This document shows positions 38,976 to 46,238 of a stretch of DNA of 64,000 nucleotides, in pieces. Position 1 is the first letter of the stretch. Every line of letters begins with the position of its first letter. Source of the DNA: Verrucomicrobiia bacterium (GTDB lineage: Bacteria; Verrucomicrobiota; Verrucomicrobiia; Chthoniobacterales; UBA6821); contig JBEIJN010000005.1 of NCBI GenBank assembly GCA_040380225.1, forward strand, positions 4,563 to 68,562, given 5' to 3'. The notes under the pieces were generated by a model. It saw only the letters and a program-made list of their open reading frames with translations. It made no database searches and was not told the origin of the DNA. Position numbers and translations under genes: made by a program.

Positions 38976-39065
38976 CCGCAGAGGCGCAGAGGCGCGGAGT
39001 TTTTAGACAAAACAACTGCAGGATTTCTTTTTCTTCATCTCTGGGACTCTGCGACTCTGCGCGAG
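38976..39065. repeat. foldback element with stuttered arms (word CGCAGAGG)
   Basis: ccgcagaggcgcagaggcgcggag pairs with ctctgggactctgcgactctgcgcgag. It sits in the thyA-folA spacer. Confidence 0.65.
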
Positions 39066-39090
39066 AATCTGCAGTTTTCCTTTTTTTCAG

Positions 39091-39672
39091 ATGATCAAAG
39101 CGATTGTGGCTATGGCCGAGAACCGGGTCATTGGGAATGCCGGCACCATCCCGTGGCATCTCCCCGAGGATTTCAAATTCTTCAAGGCGACAACCATGGG
39201 CCATGCGATCCTTATGGGCCGGAAGACCTACGATTCGATCGGCAAGCCGCTCCCCGGTCGGGAAAACATTGTTCTCTCCCGCACGATGCCCGAGACCCAT
39301 GGTGTGACCGTTATCCGCTCGATCGATGAACTCAAGGAACCCGAATTCACGCAAGGGGGCCGCGACTTGTTCGTGATCGGCGGTGAAGAGATCTACCGAC
39401 TCCTCCTCCCCACGGTTCAGGAACTCTACGTCACCAAAGTCCCCAGAACCATCGACGGCGACACCCGCTTCCCCGAGTTCGAATCACAATTTGATGCGGG
39501 AACAAAGGTTCTGGAGAACAACGACTTTTCTGTTTGGAGGTATTGTAGATTTTCCAGCGTGATTTCCGATCCGTATTTAGAATCTCGTGCGTCTCGCGCT
39601 ACTGGAAAGGGCTGGGATCTGTTGGATCAAGTTCCGCCCGCGAAGCCTGATCTCGGCGATGAGCTTGACTGA
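39091..39672 (+). CDS. folA: dihydrofolate reductase with an atypical 43-residue C-terminal extension
   Basis: MIKAIVAMAENRVIGNAGTIPWHLPEDFKFFKATTMGHAILMGRKTYDSIG... is a canonical DHFR through ...FSVWRYC. An unrelated tail follows, ending at the TGA at 39670-72. Confidence 0.85.
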   Translation: MIKAIVAMAENRVIGNAGTIPWHLPEDFKFFKATTMGHAILMGRKTYDSIGKPLPGRENIVLSRTMPETHGVTVIRSIDELKEPEFTQGGRDLFVIGGEEIYRLLLPTVQELYVTKVPRTIDGDTRFPEFESQFDAGTKVLENNDFSVWRYCRFSSVISDPYLESRASRATGKGWDLLDQVPPAKPDLGDELD

Positions 39673-39678
39673 ACCAGC

Positions 39679-39828
39679 GTTCAGAAACTCTACGTCACCA
39701 AGGTCCCCAGAACCATCGACGGCGACACCCACTTTCCCGAGTTCGAATCACAATTTGATGCTGCAACGAAGGTGTTGGAGACGAACGACTTCACTGTGTG
39801 GAGGTATTGCAACACGGCTCACCATTAG
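39679..39828 (+). pseudogene. displaced duplicate of the folA 3' end (44 conserved codons plus a native-like short tail and TAG)
   Basis: 117 of 132 nt are identical (hand count) to 39415..39546, in the same reading frame as folA, 264 nt downstream. It ends ...WRYCNTAHH*. Confidence 0.6.
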
Positions 39829-39854
39829 GCCCTCTTTCGCCCAAGGCGCAGGGA

Positions 39855-39935
39855 TTTTAGATGCGGGGCTAGGCGCGTGAGCGAAGCTGTATAAATTATA
39901 CTGCGAGCGAGCTGCAACAACGCCCCGCGCTAAAA
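39855..39935. repeat. family-S nested-hairpin repeat, full form
   Basis: ttttag-at-gcggggc ... gctgtata-aat-tatactgc ... gccccgc-g-ctaaaa. It lies 15 nt beyond the stop of the LbH gene. Confidence 0.6.
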
Positions 39936-39949
39936 GCGCAAGCTGCGGA

Positions 39950-40636
39950 TCAGTCCCTCGCTTGTCGAGGGACGATACGCAAAGACTGAGGTTCCATTTT
40001 GCCGATGGAATTCGCCGGCAACACCCCCCTCCAGGAAGTTCCCGGGTAGATGATGGTATCACGGCCGATGATGGAGCCGGGGCTTAAGACAGCGTTGCAG
40101 CCGATTTCGGCGCGGTCACCTACGATGGCACCGAACTTGCGAAGGCCCGTCGAAATGATTCCTTCGGCGGTTTTCACGGCGACCGGCTGATGGTCAAGCC
40201 GGACATTGGAGAGGATGGCTCCGGCACCGAGGTGTGCCTTGTGGCCTAGGATGGAGTCCCCGACGTAGTTGAAGTGCGGGATCTGCGCCTCGTCGAAGAT
40301 GAGGCAGTTCTTGAACTCGCAGGAGTTGCCCAGCACGACGCCGTTGCCGACCACGACGTTCTCGCGGATGTAGGCGCCGTTGCGGATCTCGCATCCCTCG
40401 CCGATCCAGGCGGGCCCCTTGATCATCGCTCCTTGCTCGATGACAGTGCCGGCTCCGATATAGACAGCGCCGCTGATGAAGGGCTTGCCGATAAGCTTGC
40501 CATGGATCCCAGGCTTGAGGCGGAACTGTAGATAGGTCGAGATCTTGGCCAGCGCCTCCCAGGCATGGGTCGTGTTCTCGAAAATGACACTGTGCTCGGT
40601 GCGATCGAGATCGAGGAAATCTTCAGGGGCAAACAT
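39950..40636 (-). CDS. hexapeptide-repeat (left-handed beta-helix) transferase, GlmU C-terminal-like
   Basis: 228 aa with many [LIV]-G-x4 hexapeptide turns (IGEGCEIRNGAYI, VGNGVVLGNSCEF, LGAGAILSN...). Confidence 0.7.
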   Translation of the reverse strand: MFAPEDFLDLDRTEHSVIFENTTHAWEALAKISTYLQFRLKPGIHGKLIGKPFISGAVYIGAGTVIEQGAMIKGPAWIGEGCEIRNGAYIRENVVVGNGVVLGNSCEFKNCLIFDEAQIPHFNYVGDSILGHKAHLGAGAILSNVRLDHQPVAVKTAEGIISTGLRKFGAIVGDRAEIGCNAVLSPGSIIGRDTIIYPGTSWRGVLPANSIGKMEPQSLRIVPRQARD

Positions 40637-40819
40637 CAGGGGAAAGGATGAATTATGAATGTTGAATTATGAAAGAACGGAATACATGGGTTCACTCGTT
40701 CCCAACGGATACGAAGCAATGGCTGGACCTCCAAATGATGAGACGCGGTGTGGGTCTGGTGCCGTCTCGGTTTTTCCCTCTCTGCGCCTCTGCGTCTCTG
40801 CGCGATATTTTTCCCATCG

Positions 40820-42229
40820 TCAGCTTTTGGTGACCCGTTGGCCGTCTTTTGTATCTTTTACCACCCAGCCGAGTGCGACGATTTGGTCGCGGAGTTCATC
40901 GCTCTTTTTCCACTCCTTGGCCGCACGGGCCGCAGCGCGGGCTGCCAGCAACTCCTCCACCTCCTCCGGGATCGCGGCGCCGGCATCGGGCTGAAGCGCC
41001 AGTACACCGTCCACACGGGCGAGCCATGCGAGAAGTCCGCGAGCCTGCGGCGGGGTCAGCCTTCCCTCATCCATGCTGCGGTTGCTCTCACGCAGGGTCT
41101 CGAAGAGGACCGCCAAGGCGCCTGAGATATTTAGGTCGTCATCCAGTGCCGTGAAGAATCCCTCCGTCTCCGCATCGGGCGCCTCCGCGGCGGATTCCGA
41201 GCCGGCGGTCTCTGTCAGACGCTCACGCCATGCATCGAGTCGCGCCAGTGCCGTGCGGGCAGCCGCGAGGCCCTCCATGGTGAAGTTGAGAGCTCCCCGG
41301 TAGTGGACGGAAATCAGGGCGTAGCGCACTTCGCGGCCGGTCCATCCCTTTTCCAACAGATCCCGTAGTGTGAAGAAATTCCCCGCGGACTTGGCCATCT
41401 TCGATCCCTCGACCATGAGGTGGGCACAGTGCATCCAGTAGCGGACGAAGGGGGCCTTCCCGTGACCCGCGCACTCGCACTGGGCGATCTCGGCCTCATG
41501 ATGGGGGAAGATGTTGTCGACTCCTCCGCAGTGGATGTCGATGGTCTCGCCGAGCAGGCCGGTCGCCATGGCACTGCACTCGATGTGCCATCCGGGGCGC
41601 CCCTTTCCCCACGGGCTCTCCCATCCCACGGCTCCGTCTTCAGGGACCCATGCCTTCCAGAGGGCAAAGTCGGCGACGGCTTCCTTCTCGTACTCGTCGC
41701 TTGCAACCCGCTGTCCGGGGCGCTGTCCCTCCAGATCGACGTGGGCGAGCTTTCCGTAATCCGGGAAGGATGCGATGCGGAAATAGAGGGAACCATCCTC
41801 GGCCTGGTAGGCGTGGCCGCGCTCCATGAGCGTGGAGATCATGGCAATCATCCGGGCGATCTGCTCGGGATCGGTGGCTGCCGGATAGGCCTCCGCGGGA
41901 AGGAGCCGCAGGGTCTTTGCATCCTCGAAGAAGGCCTCCTTGAAGGGACGGGTGTAGTCGCTTAGGGCCATGCCGACGGCATGGGCTCCCCGGATCGTCT
42001 TGTCGTCGACATCCGTGAGGTTCATCACGCGGCGGACAATGAAGCCCCTCTCCTGGAGATGTCGCTGGAGGAGATCCTCGAAGACGTAGGCCCGGAAGTT
42101 ACCGATATGGGCGTGGGCGTAGATGGTCGGGCCGCACGTGTAGAGGGAGAGTGTCTGCCCCTCGCCGGGGCGCGGAGCGATCGCCTCAAGCTTGCGGGTG
42201 AGGGTGTTGTGAACCTGAACGGCACCCAT
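40820..42229 (-). CDS. cysS: cysteine--tRNA ligase
   Basis: 469 aa. HIGN (HAHIGNFR) and KMAKS class-I motifs, CysRS-specific zinc ligands. Confidence 0.95.
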   Translation of the reverse strand: MGAVQVHNTLTRKLEAIAPRPGEGQTLSLYTCGPTIYAHAHIGNFRAYVFEDLLQRHLQERGFIVRRVMNLTDVDDKTIRGAHAVGMALSDYTRPFKEAFFEDAKTLRLLPAEAYPAATDPEQIARMIAMISTLMERGHAYQAEDGSLYFRIASFPDYGKLAHVDLEGQRPGQRVASDEYEKEAVADFALWKAWVPEDGAVGWESPWGKGRPGWHIECSAMATGLLGETIDIHCGGVDNIFPHHEAEIAQCECAGHGKAPFVRYWMHCAHLMVEGSKMAKSAGNFFTLRDLLEKGWTGREVRYALISVHYRGALNFTMEGLAAARTALARLDAWRERLTETAGSESAAEAPDAETEGFFTALDDDLNISGALAVLFETLRESNRSMDEGRLTPPQARGLLAWLARVDGVLALQPDAGAAIPEEVEELLAARAAARAAKEWKKSDELRDQIVALGWVVKDTKDGQRVTKS

Positions 42230-42232
42230 CGC

Positions 42233-42733
42233 TTATTCGGCAGGCGTTTCGACGGAGGCCGTTGCGAGGGCGGCGATCCCTTCTCCGCGTCCGAGGAAAC
42301 CGAGGCACTCGTTGGTCGTCGCCTTGACTCCCACCCGAGACGAGTCAAGCCCCAGCGATCCGGCGATGCGCTCCCTCATCTGCTGCACATAGGGACCAAT
42401 GCGCGGTTCCTCCGCAACCAGGGTGGAGTCGACATTGATGATCCTGGCCCCCGCGTCGGCGAGGATCCCCGCGACGCGACGCAGGATCTCGAGGCTTGAG
42501 ATTCCCCGGATGGAGGGATCGGTATTCGGGAAGTAATGGCCGATGTCCTGGAGCCCCGCTGCGCCGAGCAGTGCGTCGGCGATCGCGTGGCAGAGAACGT
42601 CGGCATCGGAGTGACCGGAAAGCGTGAGCCCCTGCGGGTGCTGGAAGGTCACGCCTCCAAGGATGAGGGGTCGGTCAGCCCCCGCCACCTCGAGTCGATG
42701 GACGTCATAACCGATGCCGCTGCGTGTGATCAT
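42233..42733 (-). CDS. ispF: 2-C-methyl-D-erythritol 2,4-cyclodiphosphate synthase
   Basis: IGYDVHRL, GHSDADVLCHAI and KATTNE motifs. Confidence 0.9.
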   Translation of the reverse strand: MITRSGIGYDVHRLEVAGADRPLILGGVTFQHPQGLTLSGHSDADVLCHAIADALLGAAGLQDIGHYFPNTDPSIRGISSLEILRRVAGILADAGARIINVDSTLVAEEPRIGPYVQQMRERIAGSLGLDSSRVGVKATTNECLGFLGRGEGIAALATASVETPAE

Positions 42734-42818
42734 GGATTTGGGAGATGGTAGCTAGGAGATGCGGAGCTTGCTGGCTTCAGAAGATTTTTCATTCTTCATT
42801 TTGCCTTTTTCATTTTTT

Positions 42819-43574
42819 CTAGAGGTGATCGAAGGGGATGCCGCCGCCGCAGGCCACGCAGGAGTATTTGTCGGGAACGGAATCATGCGGCCTGAGGTCG
42901 ACCTTTCCCCCGGCCAGTTCGACCATGAGCATTCCGGCGGCGATGTCCCAGAGACTGATCTGGCTCTCGATGTAGGCGTCGAGCCGGCCGCTTGCGACAT
43001 AAGCGATGTCGAGCGCCGCACTCCCCATCATCCGGGTCTTGCGGGCGGAGCGCATCATCTTCCCGAGGATGGGGAGCCCCTTATCGATCGAGGCCTCGGT
43101 CTTGGAGACGCCGACGGCGACGATCGCATCGGCAAGCTTGGTGCGGCTGCTGACGCGGATGGCCCTGCCATTAAGCGTGACGCTCCCGGTCGCGCGCGAG
43201 GCCACCCAGAGTTCGTCGGTCATCGGCTGATAGATGACGCCCGCCGTGATGACCCCGTTGCGGCGGTGTGCAATGGAGACGGCGAAGTGGGGGATGCCGT
43301 AGAAGAAGTTCACCGTGCCGTCGATCGGGTCGATGATCCACTGATCCGCGGCGTTCTGGTCTCCACGGATCCCCTCCTCCCCGTAGATGGCATGGTCGGG
43401 GAAGACGCCGAGGATGAGCGACTCGATCAGCGCCTGGGAGCGTCGGTCGAGTTCCAGCTTGATGTCGTGCGCCTCGGCTGAGTCGACGTGGAGTTCGCGC
43501 TCGAAGTGGCCGCGGATCATGCCCCCGGCGGCCAGTGCCGCGTCACGCGCGGTCGTGAGAATCAGTTCGTCCAT
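42819..43574 (-). CDS. inositol monophosphatase family protein
   Basis: Start at MDELILTTARDAA. WIIDPIDGT and WDIAAG motifs. Confidence 0.85.
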   Translation of the reverse strand: MDELILTTARDAALAAGGMIRGHFERELHVDSAEAHDIKLELDRRSQALIESLILGVFPDHAIYGEEGIRGDQNAADQWIIDPIDGTVNFFYGIPHFAVSIAHRRNGVITAGVIYQPMTDELWVASRATGSVTLNGRAIRVSSRTKLADAIVAVGVSKTEASIDKGLPILGKMMRSARKTRMMGSAALDIAYVASGRLDAYIESQISLWDIAAGMLMVELAGGKVDLRPHDSVPDKYSCVACGGGIPFDHL

Positions 43575-43699
43575 CTGTGATTCAGTAGCGGAGTAAGCGG
43601 AGGGATGAAACCTGAAACTTGAAACCTGAAGAAACAATGCCTTTGTGAGGACAGCTAATCGCCTCTTCTGTTCCTGGTTTTAACTCCTGTGGACTTGCG

Positions 43700-43737
43700 A
43701 CAAAAAAATTGGGGGAAGCGTTATTAGCGCTTCCCCC
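43700..43737 (-). terminator. Rho-independent terminator of the histone-like gene
   Basis: On the minus strand: 10-bp stem gggggaagcg/cgcttccccc with a 7-nt loop, followed by aattttttt. Confidence 0.7.
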
Positions 43738-43780
43738 AAGTTTTAGCTCGTCGCCGAAAGGTTGTTCCGGCGGGAGGGAC

Positions 43781-43972
43781 TTACTTCTTCTTGGCGACGG
43801 CCTTCTTGACGGCTTTCTTTGCAGGAGCCTTCTTGACAGCCTTCTTCACGGTCTTCTTGACGGCCTTCTTAACAGCCTTCTTGACGACCTTCTTCACGGC
43901 CTTCTTGGCCGGAGCCTTCTTGACGGCTTTCTTTGCAGGAGCCTTCTTTGCAGCTTTTTTCTTAACGGGCAT
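43781..43972 (-). CDS. histone H1-like Lys/Ala-rich nucleoid protein
   Basis: 63 aa made of KKA(V/P)KKA repeats: MPVKKKAAKKAPAKKAVKKAPAKKAVKK... Confidence 0.7.
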   Translation of the reverse strand: MPVKKKAAKKAPAKKAVKKAPAKKAVKKVVKKAVKKAVKKTVKKAVKKAPAKKAVKKAVAKKK

Positions 43973-44019
43973 TTCAATCCACCTCCTTTGTTCCGCATGG
44001 GCGGCGTGTGTGAAAATAA

Positions 44020-44049
44020 TGTGAATAACTCACTGAGGAATGTGAATAA
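44020..44049. promoter_or_regulatory. two direct TGTGAATAA boxes, matching the DnaA-box consensus TTATNCACA on the gene strand
   Basis: 44020-44028 and 44041-44049, 21 bp apart, 48-77 nt upstream of the histone-like gene start. Confidence 0.3.
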
Positions 44050-44131
44050 GTCGTCGCGCGTGATGCGTCAACGGATTTTCCAAAAATTTCTTGCTCTTTT
44101 TTTCGCAGCCCCGTGCGCGAAATTTTTCCGC

Positions 44132-44695
44132 TCAGTGCGCCGCGAGGATTTTTTCCGCATGCGCGACGATCTCGTCGATCTCCGCGAGCCGTCCCGTTCC
44201 CTCGTAACCGCACGCAAGCATCCCCTCCGCAGGCCCCACGAATGAGGATCCGCGGTTCTTCAGTGTCTCCGCGTTCGCGCGCGTGGCGGCATGCTCCCAC
44301 ATCTTTCCGTTCATGGCCGGTGCGATGAGCAGCGGTGCACGCGTCGCCAGCGCAACGGCTCCGAGCGCATCGTCGGCGAACCCGTGCGCGAGCTTCGCGA
44401 TGGCGTCGGCGCTCGCGGGCGCGACGAGCAGAAGGTCGGCGCGGTCGGCAAGTTCGATGTGTCCCGGCTTCCATCCACCCTCCTGCTCCTCCGAGAGATC
44501 GAGGAGAACGGGATTGCGTGAGAGCGTCGCGAGCGTGAGCGGCGTGATGAACCCCGCGGCGGCGCGCGTCATGACGACGAAGACTTCATGCCCATTCCTG
44601 CGGAGCTGGCCGGCCAACTCTGCCGCCTTGTAGGCGGCGATCGATCCGGTCACCCCGAGGATGACGGTGCGTCCGGAGGAGGAACGGTCGCTCAC
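44132..44695 (-). CDS. coaC: phosphopantothenoylcysteine decarboxylase flavoprotein (CoaC domain only)
   Basis: ILGVTGSIAAYKA and PAMNGKMW motifs, 187 aa, with no CoaB domain attached. Confidence 0.8.
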   Translation of the reverse strand: MSDRSSSGRTVILGVTGSIAAYKAAELAGQLRRNGHEVFVVMTRAAAGFITPLTLATLSRNPVLLDLSEEQEGGWKPGHIELADRADLLLVAPASADAIAKLAHGFADDALGAVALATRAPLLIAPAMNGKMWEHAATRANAETLKNRGSSFVGPAEGMLACGYEGTGRLAEIDEIVAHAEKILAAH

Positions 44696-45342
44696 GGCTC
44701 AACTCCCGTTTTCTTCGGAGATTCCACCACCGTCATCCGGTGGGTGAGGTAGCGTTCGGCGCGCATCACGGCGCGGAACTTCTCGATATTCTCCTCCATC
44801 GAGCCGTTGATGATCGTGTAGCGGTAGTCGCGCCAGCACTCCATTTCCTTGGCGGCGTTGCGCATGCGGATCTCCACCTGCTCGTCGGTCTCGGTGCCCC
44901 GGCGCAGGAGGCGGCGGCGGAGTTCCTCGAGATCCGGCGGCAGGAGGAAGACATCGGCCAACGCCTGGAGGATGAGCGGGTCGCCGCAGGCGCGGATGTT
45001 GGCCGCCCCGCGGGTGTCGATGTCGAGCAGGACGTCGATGCCGTTGCGCAGATTCTCGAGCACGGGTCCCTTGAGCGTCCCGTAGTGGTTGCCGTGCACC
45101 TCGGCGTGCTCGAGGAACTCCCCCTTGGCGAGGCGCGTCGCGAAATCCTCAGGCGTCAGAAAGTGGTAGTCCTCTCCGTCGACCTCGCCTGAGCGCGGTG
45201 CACGCGTCGTGCAGGAAACCGACCAGACGAAGTCGGGCTTCTGTCTGAGCGCGGTGCAGAGTGTCGTCTTCCCGGCGCCGGAGGGCGCTGAGATGACAAA
45301 GAGGATGCCGGTGCGGCGGAACTGGAGGGCGGGATTGCTCAT
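44692..45342 (-). CDS. gmk: guanylate kinase
   Basis: ISAPSGAGKTTL, TTRAPRSGE-DG-DYHF. Confidence 0.9.
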   Translation of the reverse strand: MSNPALQFRRTGILFVISAPSGAGKTTLCTALRQKPDFVWSVSCTTRAPRSGEVDGEDYHFLTPEDFATRLAKGEFLEHAEVHGNHYGTLKGPVLENLRNGIDVLLDIDTRGAANIRACGDPLILQALADVFLLPPDLEELRRRLLRRGTETDEQVEIRMRNAAKEMECWRDYRYTIINGSMEENIEKFRAVMRAERYLTHRMTVVESPKKTGVEP

Positions 45343-45353
45343 GCGGGTTGCTG

Positions 45354-46238
45354 TTACTCCAGGTTGGCGACTTGTTCGCGGATCCTATCAAGCTCCGCCT
45401 TGGATTGCACGACCCGTCGGGAGACGGCGGCATCACCCGCCTTGTTGCCTAGTGTGTTGAACTCCCGGAACATCTCCTGGGCCAGGTAGTCGAGGGTGCG
45501 GCCTGCCGGCTCGTTCCCTGCCAGCGCTTCGCGGCACTGGACGAAGTGGCTCTCCAGTCGGGTGAGTTCCTCGGTGATGTCGCTTCGTTCCGCCATGAGG
45601 GCCAGTTCGCGGGCGAGCGAGCCGTCATTCGGGGAAAGCGGCAAGCCGAGTTCCTCCAGCCGCCCCTTGAGATGATCGCGCCGCTGTTTCAGCACGGCGG
45701 GCACGCGCGCGCGGATCGCCTTCACCGCCGACTCCAGGAGCTTCACCCTCTTGAGCAGGTCGGCGACCAGATGGCCCCCCTCCTTGCGGCGCATCGCCGT
45801 CATGCGCTCGAGAGCCTGCGCAAGCGCACCCTGCACGGCGGGCCAGAGCGCGTCGGGCGAGGGGATCTCCTCGGCCGGGTTCCTCAGCACGCCGGGAGAT
45901 TTCAAGAGCAGCTCGAGCGTCACCTCTCCGGGAAGCTTCAGTTCGTCACGGAGCGCCTGAAGGTCGCGGAGGGCGCGCTGCGCCGCGGCCTTGTCAACCA
46001 CGCTCGCCAAAACGGTGCCGGCCGTGACGGCTTCCAAAGCGATGGTGGCGTTGACCCTCCCGCGGCGGACATGCTTCTGGATCTCCTCGCGCACACGCGG
46101 TTCCAGCGTGGCCAGAGGCTTGGGCAACGCGGCGGCGATCTCGATCCCCTTGCGGTTCACGGAGGAGCATTCGACGGTGCATCTCCATCCCTCAGCAGAG
46201 GCCGTTCCCCGTCCATGTCCTGTCATGCTTTCCATCAT
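45354..46238 (-). CDS. yicC: YicC-family stress-induced protein/endoribonuclease
   Basis: Start MMESMTGHGRG (family start M..SMTG.G). C-terminus REFNTLGNKA...ELDRIREQVANLE. The ATGA overlaps the upstream gene's stop. Confidence 0.85.
   Translation of the reverse strand: MMESMTGHGRGTASAEGWRCTVECSSVNRKGIEIAAALPKPLATLEPRVREEIQKHVRRGRVNATIALEAVTAGTVLASVVDKAAAQRALRDLQALRDELKLPGEVTLELLLKSPGVLRNPAEEIPSPDALWPAVQGALAQALERMTAMRRKEGGHLVADLLKRVKLLESAVKAIRARVPAVLKQRRDHLKGRLEELGLPLSPNDGSLARELALMAERSDITEELTRLESHFVQCREALAGNEPAGRTLDYLAQEMFREFNTLGNKAGDAAVSRRVVQSKAELDRIREQVANLE

Noticed and set aside
39587-39880. 97-aa ORF spanning the folA tail and the duplicated block.
   Set aside because: It is in a different frame from both DHFR-coding copies, has Arg/Ser/Pro-rich composition, and no support. 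The duplicated block is meaningful only in the folA frame.
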